Source: Octopus sinensis
Lineage: Eukaryota
DNA: 64,000 nucleotides
Reading direction: 5' to 3'
Assembly: GCF_006345805.1 (NCBI RefSeq)
Contig: NC_043011.1
Span: 11,408,001-11,472,000 of the forward strand
The notes beneath the pieces were generated by a model. It ran no database searches. It saw only the letters and a program-made list of their open reading frames with translations, and was not told where the DNA came from. A program made the position numbers and the translations under genes. This document shows, one piece after another, positions 23,640 to 35,751 of this stretch (position 1 is its first letter; each line of letters opens with the position of its first letter).

Positions 23640-26150
23640 AAGCAGGTTTTGTTTCCTCATAACTTACAGAAAGCAAAAGGTGAAGGCAGGTGAGGAAACA
23701 ACAAACAGGGAAGAATGGAAAAGTCTTCGACGTATATAAAATTCACAGTCCTTCGACCTGTGACTAGTTTGACCATCACAGTTTGAGGGAACTTCGTTTT
23801 CATGATGTCCATGCTATTGCAGTTTCCAAAGAGCTTTGAGCAGCAGTCATGAGGTTGGCATTTTGATACTTGGCTCAAATCATCATGATACAGATAAATC
23901 TCCAATATTTAGATGGCTCCCAGTCCTCCATGTCAGCTAACTGTTTCTCAATCACAACTTTAATCTTTATGCTCTCCAATGCCATTGTTTGCTCACCAAT
24001 ACATCAAGCTGTTTCTGAAAAAAAGGAGACATAAAAAAAATCAAGTTTAGCCTGAGCACCCTGTATGTGTGTGTGTATGATGATGATTGCTTCATCTTGA
24101 GAGATGATAGCCATTCCATCAACACACACACCACACCCCCATCGCACAGCACAATCACTCTGTTGATGAGCCCTCAGATGACTTTTAAGATCAGCTGCTG
24201 ACTGACAGGGTTTAAAACACAAGTGACGGATATTATTTAAGTTTCTTCTATATCTTTGCCCTTTGGAATCTGATTCTGAAGGAATGTTTTTGTGAACTGG
24301 CATATGCCTTTTTAAGTCCAGGTATTGTCTTACAAGTTTTTTGACATATGACACAAGTTGTAAGAGGCGGTTGGTGTCCAAGATTATTAACTACCTGGGC
24401 ATTTTGATTTTCATGTGACTTCATATGATTCATGTATCCTACTTTTGAAAACAGAACAATCACATACAATACATGTCCAATGTTCACTGTTGATTACAGT
24501 TCTAACTGTTCCTCTGTGACTGGCCCTTTTAAGCTCAGAGTGCTGAATCATCTTTTCTTCCCAAGCATTACAACCAGTCCTAACAGTGCCTCTCCATGTG
24601 TTCCAATCTAGAACATCATTTTCCAAATCACTTTTGTTCATATCTAGTTTCTTTAGGTTTTCCTTCACACAGTCTTTTTACCTTTATCTTTGGCTTATGT
24701 TGTGGTTGCTTACCAGAGTTGAGCTTGCCATAAAAAAGATGCTTTGGCAATCACTTGTCTTTCATTCTAATAACATGTCCAGTCTATCTCATTTGAGCCA
24801 AGATAACATGTTGTTCAATAGAGCTACAATTGAGCCAAGATAACATGTTGTGCGATTGAGCTACAATTGAGCCAAGATAACATGTTGTTCGATTGAGCTA
24901 CAATTGAGCCAAGATAACATGTGCGATTGAGCTACAATTGAGCCAAGATAACATGTTGTTCAATAGAGCTACAATTGAGCCAAGATTACATGTTGTTCGA
25001 TTGAGCTACAATTGAGCCAAGATTACATGTTGTTCAATAGAGCTACAATTGAGCCAAAATAACATGTTGTGCGATTGAGCTACAATGTGCCATGTGCAAA
25101 ACTGTCTCTGGTATGAAACATTCCCACTTGACTCCTAAGATATGTCTGAGGCATTCTTGATGAAATCTCTCTGGCATTTTTATATGACACTTGCAAGTGG
25201 TCTGTGTCTCACTTTAATAAAGAAGTGCAGTCAATACACATGCTCTATAAACATTGATTTTTGTCTGCAGGGAAATACCTCTTTCCACCCATACTCGCTT
25301 TTCAAGCTTTCCTAATGCAACACTTCCCCATTCGATAGTATATCTCTTCATCAAGACTACCATCTCTTGACAGTGTGTTTCCTAGGTAAACAAAGGTGTC
25401 AACAACTTCTAACCTTGTTCCATTCACAAAAATGTTTAGTTCAGAATATGTTTGTCCTGGTGTGGGAGTAAACATTTGGTTAGTCCGAATTGTACATATG
25501 CAGTGGAAAATCTATCCATTATTTGCCAACGAATCAGCATAAAGTAATTCTCTTACAAGTGCTTTGAAAGTCTTTGCTTTGCAGTTAAATCTGGTCAAAT
25601 TAAAAATGCGACCAGGTGTCTGAAATCTAATTCCGATTACCCTGTTGCAATCTTTGAAAGCATACCAAAGCAATGCAGCAAAATGAATAGAGAAAAGTGC
25701 AGGGTCAGGAATATCTCCGTTTCACACTGTTGTCCTCTAAAAATTCATGAGATAGCTCACCACTAAAGGCTACCCAAGCTTTTATGTTTCTGTATAGTTC
25801 CTTAAAGATGCTCACGAAATGTGTTGGGCAACCAAGTTTACACAAAACAATCCACAGTGCCTCCCTTAGTTAAATCTATGAAGAACTGGTATAGTAGCGT
25901 TTATTCCTCTAAGCATTTCTGAACCTGCCTCAGAAAATATTGTGTCCATTGTTCCTCGTTCAGGTCTGAAACCACACTGCTCTTCAGGAATCACCTGTGA
26001 ACACACATTCTCAAGACGGTGTAACATGATCCTTGAAAGTATTTTCCTGGTACGTGCCAGGACAAATATCCCTCTAGAATTACCATACACTGCTTTTGGG
26101 CCCTTACCCTTGTATATAGAGATTAGAATGTCATTTATCCATAGTCCGGG
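23640..26150 (-). mobile_element. Decayed RTE (BovB-like) LINE with C-terminal C2H2 fingers
   Basis: YGNSRGI..ILSRIMLHRL..IPEEQCGFRPERGTMDTIF, LEVVDTFVYLG, SIEQHVILAQMR*TGHVIRM, WRGTVRTG. Confidence 0.85.
24792..25087. repeat. 37-bp minisatellite (GAGCTACAATTGAGCCAAGATAACATGTTGTTCAATA), about 8 copies, inside the RTE ORF
   Basis: Unit starts at 24821, 24858, 24895, ~24929, 24966, 25003, 25040, 25077. Confidence 0.93.
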
Positions 26151-26589
26151 TAGTTTTGATGAACAAGTAATACTTATTATACTATTTTTACTATTTTTAT
26201 TAATTTTCTTTGATTCATGAGGCTTAAATAATTCCTGTATTTTTCATTAATGAATTCCTTTTACTCATTTTCATTAATAATTTTATTCTATTTTTCCACG
26301 CAATGTCTCCACGAGTTTTATTTCTTATAAACGCTAAGAACTATTCTTTACGTTTATAATCTAGTGATACTTTCTCAACTAACTAAGCAACGTTGTATTG
26401 TTTTGGGATTAATATTTAGCTGTTGTTAATTTTGTTATTGATTTATTAATAGGGGTCTGTAGGTTGTAGCTGAGTGTCTTCATGGTAGTTTCTCCATAAG
26501 TTGTGTTTTTTTCTCACATTTCTTTAGTTCATGAGGCTTAAATGTTTTTTCGTTTTTTTCGTATTTTTCATTTTATTTTTATTTCTATT

Positions 26590-27590
26590 TTATCTAGTTT
26601 CAGCTCACGAGCTGTGGCCATGCTGGGGCACTGCCATTTGGTGTTGCTACATGATTTTACTTCATGAATGCTTTTTAGCAATTGCCATTTGGTGCATGAG
26701 AGAGTTCGATGCAGCTGCCCTCATCTGCACCTCCTGCCGTGAAGTTGGTTCATCTGGGACACCTGACAAGAAGAGATCCAGTTTCATTTTAAAGACATCT
26801 GCATCCACCCCATGCAGGTCTCTTAAGTTCTTCGGAAGGATATTGAAGAGCTGTGGGCCTCTGAAGCCCAGGCTATCACAGTATCTTGTCCTACATCTTG
26901 ATGGCAAATTTGGAGTCCTTGGCACTATGCAGTGACACCCAGTTCTAGTATTTGTGTAACTCTCGATGCCAAAGTTTGGGACAAGTCCTTCCAGGATCTT
27001 CCAGATATATATTATGGCATATCTTTCTCGCCTACGCTCTAAGGAATAGAGTCTTAATCTCTTGAGTCTTTCCCAGTAGCTCATATGCTGCACAGAGGCT
27101 ATCTTCTTCGTGTAGCTTCATTGGATCGCCTCAATGGATGGTGACCATAGCTGAGAGCAATAGTCAAAATGGCTTAGGACAAGTGTCCTCCAGAGGACCA
27201 TCATGGTTTCCTGGTCTCTTGTTCTAAAGGTTCTAAGAATCCATCCGGTCAGCCGCCTACATTTCATTGCCAATTTAGCAACATGCACATGAAAGGTTGC
27301 ATCATCACTCATGTAAATACCCAGGTCTCGCACTGATTGTGCCTCTGGGATTGCAATCCCTCCAGGTCCAGTGTATTTATTGGGTATTGCATTTAGTTTT
27401 GCATGCTGATAGCATAAAGCTTGAAACTTTTCAGCATTGAACTGCATGCTATTCTTTTCAGCCCACTTGTATATTTTGTCCAGCTCACATTGCAGGTGCA
27501 TAGTGTCTTCAGGGTTCTGTATTGCCTGTGAAACTTTTGTATCATCTGCATAACTTGTGATCATGGCTCTCTGCATGGCTGAGGGCATTG
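26590..27590 (-). mobile_element. CR1-clade LINE 3' fragment with intact 3' end
   Basis: SYADDTKV, MQFNAEKF, VRDLGI, DYCSQLWSP, YWERLKRLRLYSLERRRERY, GPQLFNILP. The 3' UTR ends in a stem-loop and A-rich tail. Confidence 0.92.
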
Positions 27591-28063
27591 ATAAAAAAAT
27601 TTGCCATTTTCATTGAGTATTTATTCTATTTCTTTGCACTAAGTCTTCACACATTAAATTTTATAAACGCTTTAACTATCTTACGTTTAAAATTCAGTTA
27701 CTATTTTCCTTCGCCAAGATAAGCTACATTTGACATGTTATTGTTTATCTATTTCATTTGAATTTGGAATCGTTTTTGGGTTTGAAATTATTATTATTGC
27801 TGATGTAATATTATTATCTATTTATCGTTTCTTGATAGTTATTTTTTACGTTCGATATTAGATATGTTATCTTTTAATTTTTATATAGGAATTTAACATT
27901 TTACATATAATTTAATTTGAGAATTAGTTTCGTTTGACTATATATATTTTTTAATAATTAGGTAATATTTTTATTAAGTAGTATTATATTTAAGTAAACT
28001 AATTTTTATTTTAATTAATATCAATATTATGTTTAACTTTATTATCGTGTGAAATATTAAATT

Positions 28064-28418
28064 TCTTTTACTCTTTTACTTGTTTCAGTCATTTGACTGT
28101 GGCCATGCTGGAGCACCTCCTTTAGTCGAGCAAATCTACCCCGGGACTTATTCTTTGTAAGCCCAGTACTTATTCTATCGGTCTCTTTTGCCGAACCGCT
28201 AAGTAACGGGGATGTAAACACACCAGCATTGGTTGTCAAGCAATGCTAGAGGGACAAACACAGACACACAAACATATACACACACACACATATATATACA
28301 TATATACGACAGGCTTCTTTCAGTTTCTGTCTACCAAATCCACTCACAAGGCATTGGTCGGCCCGAGGCTATAGCAGAAGACACTTGCCCAAGATGCCAC
28401 TTACCACACAGCCACTCC
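28064..28418 (-). mobile_element. SINE family A with an internal deletion in the tRNA head
   Basis: gatgccac is joined directly to ttaccacacagcc. Confidence 0.88.
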
Positions 28419-28900
28419 TGATTATACATAGATATTAATAATATAATTAGTTTATATAATGGATTTGTGTATATTTGAACTATTTCCTATTTTTGATTGT
28501 ATTATTCATAACTAGTAATAGCATTGGGTATATTAATTAGACACTTAAACATGTTTATACATTTAAAATCCAAATAGATTAATTTAATTGTTGAACTTAG
28601 TAACATAGTTTGTTTATCAATAATATTTGGATCTTGTATTATTTTGAGTTTGATCGTTGCTATTATTATTATTGTTATTGACTGAATTTTTAGTGGACCG
28701 GTGATTGTGATCGAAAATCTTCATAGTGTATTGTTCATTGGTTCTAATATTTTTGCACCTTTCTTTAATCTTTAAATGTTTCTTATTTTCCATTAGCAAA
28801 TAATTCCCGCCATTATATCATTTTTATATATATTGATAATTATAAGTTATGATAGATATTAATTCTTATATCTATTTATTTAGATTTTATATATATATAT

Positions 28901-29299
28901 AGGCGCAGGAGTGGCTGTGTGGTAAGTAGCTTGCTAACCAACCACATGGTTCTGGGTTCAGTCCCACTGCGTGGCACCTTGGGCATGTGTCTTCTACTAT
29001 AGCCTCGGGCCGACCAAAGCCTTGTGAGTGGATTTGGTAGACGGAAACTGAAAGAAGCCTGTCGTATATATGTATATATATATATATGTATGTGTGTGTT
29101 TGTGTGTCTGTGTTTGTCCCCCTAGCTTTGCTTGACAACCGATGCTGGTGTGTTTATGTCCCAGTTACTTAGCGGTTCGGCAAAAGAGACCGATAGAATA
29201 AGTACTGGGCTTACAATGAATAAGTCCCGGGGTTGAGTTGCTCGATTAAAGGCGGTGCTCCAGCATGGCCGCAGTCAAATGACTGAAACAAGTAAAAGA

Positions 29300-29300
<1 letters not shown>
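28901..29300 (+). mobile_element. SINE family A
   Basis: Full head to tail. Confidence 0.9.
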
Positions 29301-29337
<37 letters not shown>

Positions 29338-29697
29338 GCATCTAACGTATCACATTAGATTTAATTTGTGAATTAATTTTGTTAGACAATATATTATTTA
29401 ATTATTAGCTGGTATATTTATTAAGTAGTATTACATTTTAAGATAATTAGGTATTACATCAATTGATATTTAGTCAACTATATTATTGATTGATATATTA
29501 AATCTATAGATACTACACATGTATATTAATTATATAGTTAGCTTATTTAATGAGTTTGTCTATATTTGAACCATTTCTTATTTTGATTACAATTTAATGA
29601 CTTGTACTAGCATTGTGTATATTAATTAATTTTAATGTATTGAATAATTTAAGTATTGTTTTTAGTTTTCACTTAATGTATATTTAATATCTTATAT

Positions 29698-29851
29698 ATC
29701 ATCATCATCATCATCATTTAGCGTCCACTTTCCATGCTAGCATGGGTTGGACGGTTCAACTGGGGTCTGGGAAGCCAGAAGGCTGCACCAGGCCCAGTCT
29801 GATCTCGCAATGTTTCTATGGCTGGATGCCCTTCCTAACGCCAACCACTCC
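29698..29851 (-). mobile_element. RTE 3' tail fragment with (GAT)n tail
   Basis: (CAT)n-ttt..cgtcc..ccatgctagcatgggttgg...ggatgcccttcctaacgccaaccactcc, the same as 30170-30330. Confidence 0.88.
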
Positions 29852-29908
29852 ATATTTTAAAGTATATTTATTAATTAATTATTCTATTTAATTATTTTAG
29901 TTTATTTT

Positions 29909-30011
29909 TAACCTGATGAGTGGATATATCTATATCGAAGTGATTTTACTACTACTATTTATTTTTTACTATAATCATTTCTTAAATATAGCCATGAAAC
30001 ACGTGTCGTTA
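29909..30011 (+). ncRNA. Type I hammerhead ribozyme fold, minimal Penelope-type
   Basis: Stem I TAAC/GTTA, core CTGATGA 29913-29919, stem II G-TGGATATAT...ATATAGCCA-T, GAAA 29996-29999, stem III AC-ACGT-GT, cleavage GUC at 30007. Confidence 0.65.
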
Positions 30012-30169
30012 TTCTACTAATTATATACATATTTATTATTTTTTTTGCAATTTACTTAATCATCGGTATATTATTGCTATTTTATATTTTATATTTCTAT
30101 TATATGTAATTTTCTCGATGGTGTAATTTAATTGTTCATTTTGAATTGATAAAAGGTGGTTTTCTCTCA

Positions 30170-33100
30170 TTTATCATCATCATCATCATTGTTTAACGTC
30201 TGTTCTCCATGCTAGCATGGGTTGGACGGTTCGACCGGGGATCTGGGAAGCCAGAAGGCTGCACCAGGCTCCAGTCTTATCTGGCAATGTTTCTACAGCT
30301 GGATGCCCTTCCTAACGCCAACCACTCCGTGAGTGTAGTGGGTGCTTTTTACGTGCCACCTGCACAGGTGCCAGGTGAGGCTGGCAACGGCCACGGTCGG
30401 ATTGGTGTATTTTATGTGCCACCGGCATGGAAGCCAGTCGAGGCGGCGCTGGCATCGGCCACGAGTCGGATAGTGCTTTTTACGTACCACCAGACCAGGG
30501 ATCCTGGCTGGTTCAATTCGATTTCGATTTCCCCAACATGTCTTCGCAAGCAAAGGGGTTTGGCATGGGTGCCTGTCGTACGGTTGGATTGGTGTATTTT
30601 ACGTGCCACTGGCACGGAAGCCAGTGGAGGCGGCGCTGGCATCGGCCACGAGTCGGATAGTGCTTTTTACGTACCACCAGACCAGGGATCCTGGCTGGTT
30701 CAGTTCGATTTTGATTTCGCTTTTGCTTTCGCTTGCCCCAACATGTCTTCGCAAGCAGAGGGGGTTGGCATGGGTGCCTGTCGTCGGATGAGGTTCTATA
30801 TCGACTTCGCTTGCCTCAACAGGTCTTTGTGGCCAAGGGAGGAAAGGCATTCATAAGTGGGCTGGGCTCACTTGTCCTGCCTGGTCTTCTCACGTACAGC
30901 ATATTTCCAAAGGTCTCGGTCGCTGGTCATTTCCTCAGTGAGGCCTAAAGTTCGAAGGTCGTGCTTCACCACCTCGTCCCAGGTTTTCCTGGGTCTACCT
31001 CTTCCACGGGTTCCCTCAACTGCTAGGGATTGGCACTTTTTCACACACCTATCTTCATCCATTCTCACCACATGACCATACCAGCGCAATCGTCTCTCTT
31101 GCACACCACAACTGATGCTCCTTAGGTCCAACATTTCTCTCAGGGTACTAACACTCTGTCGAGCATGCACACTGACATTACACATCCATCGGAGCATACT
31201 GGCTTCATTTCTCGCGAGCTTACGCATGTCCTCAGCAGTCACGGCCCATGTTTCACTGCCATGTAGCATGGCTGTTTGTACACATGCATCATACAGTCTG
31301 CCTTTTACTCTGAGCGAGAGGCCTTTAGTCACCAACAGAGGTAAGAGCTCCCTAAACTTTGCCCAGGCTATTCTTACTCTAGCCGTTACACTTTCAGCAC
31401 ACCCACCCCCACTACTAACTTGGTCACCAAGATAATGGAAGCTATCAACTACTTCTAGTTTTTCCCCCTGGAAAGTGACGGAAGTTGTTTTCTGCAGATT
31501 TTCAGAGGTTAATGCTCCCGAGCATCTGCCACATACAAAAACCATCTTCCTAGTTAGCCTTCCTATGACATTGCTGCACCTCTTATGTGTCCATAGCTTA
31601 CACTTGGTGCATCTTATAGAGTTTCTACCTACACCTTTTCTACAGATCGAGCAGGGCCATCTACCTGAAGGCGTTTGTGATTTGTCTACCTTCCTACTTA
31701 TTACGACTTTGGTTTTAGCTAGATTGACTCTAAGGCCCTTCGATTCTAAACCTTGCTTCCACACCTGAAACTTCTTCTCCAGTTCTGATAGTGACTCAGC
31801 AATTAGAGCAAGGTCATCAGCATAGAGGTGCTCCCAGGGGCATCTTGTCTTGAATTTCTCCGTTATTGCCTGGAGGACTATGATAAATAGGCGGGGGCTG
31901 AGGACTGAGCCTTGGTGGACCCCAACCTCTACCCTGAATTCTTCACTGTACTCATTGCCAACCCTCACCTTACTAGCAGCGTCCCTGTACATGGCTTGCA
32001 CAGCTCTCACTAACCATTCATCTATTCCTAGTTTCCCCATTGACCACCAGATGAGTGATCGGGGGACCCTGTCGAAGGCTTTCTCCATGTCAACAAAAGC
32101 CAGGTACAGGGGCTTATCTTTGGCTAGGTATTTCTCCTGCAGCTGCCTTACCAGGAATATAGCATCAGTGGTACTTTTCCCTGGCACGAACCCAAACTGC
32201 ATCTCATCTAAACTAACTCTCTCTCTAATTAGTTGGCTTATGACCCTCTCTGTAACCTTCATCACCTGATCCAACAGCTTGATACCTCTGTAATTATTTG
32301 TATCTAGGGCATCACCTTTACCTTTGTAGCAGTTGACTATTATGCTGCTACACCAGTCATTGGGTATGACTTCTTCATGTATCATCTGATTAACTATACG
32401 GGTGACTAGGCTATAGCCGACACTACCAGATATTTTGAGCATCTCTGCAGTGATACCTGATGGGCCTGGGGCTTTCCCTGTCTTCATGCTTCTAATTGCC
32501 TTAGCTACCAAGGAACTATCAACCCTGATAGCTGGTCCCTCTGTTGGGTCAACGTTCGGCAGACTCTCTTTATCCCATTCATTTTCTTTATTCAGCAACC
32601 TTTCATAGTGGCGTCTCCAAGCCTCTCTCTTTGCATCCTCGTTTAGCGCAAGTGAACCATCTTCCATGCGAACACACTTCTCTCCTACCACATCACAATT
32701 CTCTCTCACACACTGTCTTGCAACGCGAAACACCTCCAGTCTTTGGTCCTCACGGCGCAGAACATTGGCAAATTTTTTCTTATCTGCTTCCCCTCTGGCT
32801 AGATAGACCTGTCTCCTAGCTTCCCTTTTAGCAGTCTGATACAATTCCCTGCTACCACTATTCTTCCAGTGCTTCCAAGTCTGTCTCTTTTCTCTAATAG
32901 CCCTGTCTACAACACTGTTCCACCACCACGTTACCTTGGGACGAGAGGGGACTTTGCACCAGCCACAGATCTGGTCAGTGGCTCTCAGCAGGTTGTCCCT
33001 TAGAAACATCCAGTTGCCCTCTACTCCATGTGATACTCTATCCCCTTCTACTTCGTCAAAGGCTTCAAGTAGCATGTCTCTAAATCTCTGTCCATTCGCA

Positions 33101-33660
33101 GGATCTTTAAGCTTCCAGATCCTTCTTCTCCATGTTGGTCGTCTTCTGGTTGTTCTCCTAGTCCTGATCCTAAAGTCACTAACTACCAGTCTATGTTGTG
33201 GGGTACATTCTTCGCCTGGGAAGGTTTTGGCATTTATAAGTAGCCATCTCTCCCTTTGCCTGGCAAGGATGTAGTCAATTTGGCTGGTATGTTGGCCCGA
33301 TCGGTAGGTGACTAGGTGGCTGGTAGGTTTCCTGAAGTTAGTGTTGCAAATCATAAGATTATTTGCATCATAGAACTCCAGCAGCCTGGTTCCCTCCTCG
33401 TTGCGGGAACCAAAGCCATAGCCTCCATGTACGCCATGGAAGCCCCCAGCATGTCGTCCAACGTGACCATTGAAGTCACCAGACACAAAGAGAAGGTCTC
33501 TGTCGTTCGTCAACGAGGTAGTCTGCAGTAGAGTGTCATAGAATCGGTCTTTCTGTCCATCAGTTAGCCCTGACTGAGGAGCATAGGCTGATATAATGGT
33601 TGCTAAACTATGATGAAGCGCTAATCTAATCTTAAGTATTCTGTCGCATACTCTGATTAC
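30170..33660 (-). mobile_element. Young RTE-clade LINE, 5'-truncated within the APE domain, uninterrupted ORF and full 3' UTR
   Basis: ORF 30868-33513 (881 aa) extends upstream to ~33655 (..ATIISAYAPQSG). Motifs GDFNGHVG, QIDYIL, GKAPGPSGI, NYRGIKLL, QFGFVPG, DMEKAFD, GVHQGSVLSP, YADDL. (GAT)n tail at ~30172-30190. Confidence 0.97.
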
Positions 33661-33685
33661 CTCAATTACTTTATTTTATCTACAT

Positions 33686-33729
<44 letters not shown>

Positions 33730-33768
33730 TAGATAGATTGATAGATATGAATCTATATCGTCATATTA

Positions 33769-33920
33769 TCATCATCATTTAACATTCATGTTTCATGCTG
33801 GCATGGGTTGGGTGCTTTGATAGGAACTGATGTGTCCAACGACTGCATCAAGGTCTAATGTCTACTTTGGTATAGTTTTTAATGGCTGGGTGCCCTTCTT
33901 AACATCAACCACTTTACAGC
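33769..33920 (-). mobile_element. Old RTE 3' tail fragment
   Basis: catcatcatttaacattcatgtttcatgctggcatgggttgg...gggtgcccttcttaacatcaaccac. Confidence 0.7.
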
Positions 33921-34732
33921 TTGGACATTAGGGAGCGTAAAGATTAAAGTTGTAGAGAAAAAGTTAGCTGACTGGAACCCACATGGCTATTGGAAAAAAG
34001 TTACCAGTATTATGAGTATTCACACTGGGTGCAAAAATTGCAGGACATCATGACTGCTGCTCAATGAATGCTCTATGAAGAATGTAAGGGCTGTGGACAA
34101 CTACAGTGGAGACTATGAAGCTGTGGCCAACAGAAAAGAACACAGCGGGCTTTCTGACTTTGTCTACATCCTGGAATTCATCCAACAGCTGTAGTACAAG
34201 ATGAAAGAAGATCTGAGCAAGAGAATCTGGGCTTTGGCAAGAGAGAGAGATGGGTGTTGTAGTTACCACCATGATACTTGCTACCACTCGTTCAAGAGGC
34301 ACAAGGGACAAATTTGAAAAATAGTTTATAAGGTTAAGCACTTGGTGAATGCAAAATCATTGGTCAGTCTATGATTGGCTCCTGATTGAGTTGCTCTCTT
34401 GCAGACTTTGACATATTATCTGTTATTTTGTTCTAAAATGGTTGTATTTAATGAACTTTCTGCAATAAGGGAGGACGAGAATCAGTTTTTTATTTTTATT
34501 TCACTTCTTTTTACTTATTCCATTTTTTGCACCAACCTTCTTCATGTTTCTTCCATGTTTTTCCTTGTTTTCTTGCTATCCAACATTCTTGTTTTAAAAA
34601 AAATATATATTACGCATAAACAGAGCCAGAAAGATTGTTTTAAGATACATAGTGTATTTTATAAATATGCCTGTTCAAGTATCATGATAGCATGAAACCA
34701 TTAGTAGCTCTTTTGGTTGTGTATTTAAATTG

Positions 34733-34734
<2 letters not shown>

Positions 34735-34763
<29 letters not shown>

Positions 34764-35580
34764 TGTATGTATGTATGTATGTATGTATGTATTATGTATG
34801 TATGTATGCATGTATATATGTTTGTATGTATGTATGTATGTATGTATGTATGTATGTATGAATGTATGTATGTATGTATGTTTGTATGTGTGTATGTATG
34901 TATGTATGTACACTTGCGTCAGAAATTAATTAGCACTTCTCAAATTTCTACATTAAATAGGTTAAATCAATTAACCTATGAGCTGTTCAAAACGTCTTAC
35001 GCGATGAGAAAACTTAGTATGGTGTGATTTCGGTCCTTGCAAGGCGCTACCTATATCTATTAAACAAAGGAAGATTTGTCTGCATCCGCACTCCAAGTTG
35101 TTGCACTGCTATGTCAACATCATAAGGCTGTAGACTCTCAAACTGCTCTGCAAACAAAGTTACGTCATCGTTCTGCGCAACAGTGAACTCGCAACAAAGC
35201 AATAGTTCGATATATGGCCACTAGGTGACAGCACATACCTTGAGTGAAGAGCAAATCAAGGGTGCTAATTAATTTCTGACGGTAGTGTATGTATGTATGT
35301 TTGTATGTGTGTATGTATGTATGTTTGTATGTATGTATGTTTGTATGTATGTATGTATGTTTGTATGTGTGTATGTATGTATGTATGTGTGTGTGTATGT
35401 ATGTGTGTATGTATGTATGTATGTTTGTTTGTATGTGTGTATGTATGTATGTATGTTTGTATGTGTGTATGTATGTGTGTGTGTATGTATGTATGTATGT
35501 TTCAATGTGTGTATGTATGTTTGTATGTATGAATGTATGTATGTATGAATGTATGTATGTACGTATGCATGCATGCATTT
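34735..35580. repeat. (TATG)n microsatellite split by a MITE
   Basis: Read directly on both sides of 34911-35287. Confidence 0.95.
34911..35287. mobile_element. Tc1/mariner-like MITE (26-bp TIR, TA target)
   Basis: TA|CACTTGCGTCAGAAATTAATTAGCAC ... GTGCTAATTAATTTCTGACGGTAGTG|TA. Confidence 0.85.
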
Positions 35581-35751
35581 GTTTGTGTGGTGTGTGTGTG
35601 TGTATATTATGTGGACAGTAATATTCGCAAACAAGTTGTTATAACTGTATCTCTAGTTCAAGTGCTTCAATTCTTTGTATGTACCTATATTTACTTAATT
35701 GCTGACATTTATCAATGGTTTCTCCCATTGTTTTGATGAGCTATTTTCTAT

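Noticed and set aside
34725-35634. MYVC/HTYI-repeat ORFs
   Set aside because: Translations of the (TATG)n microsatellite.
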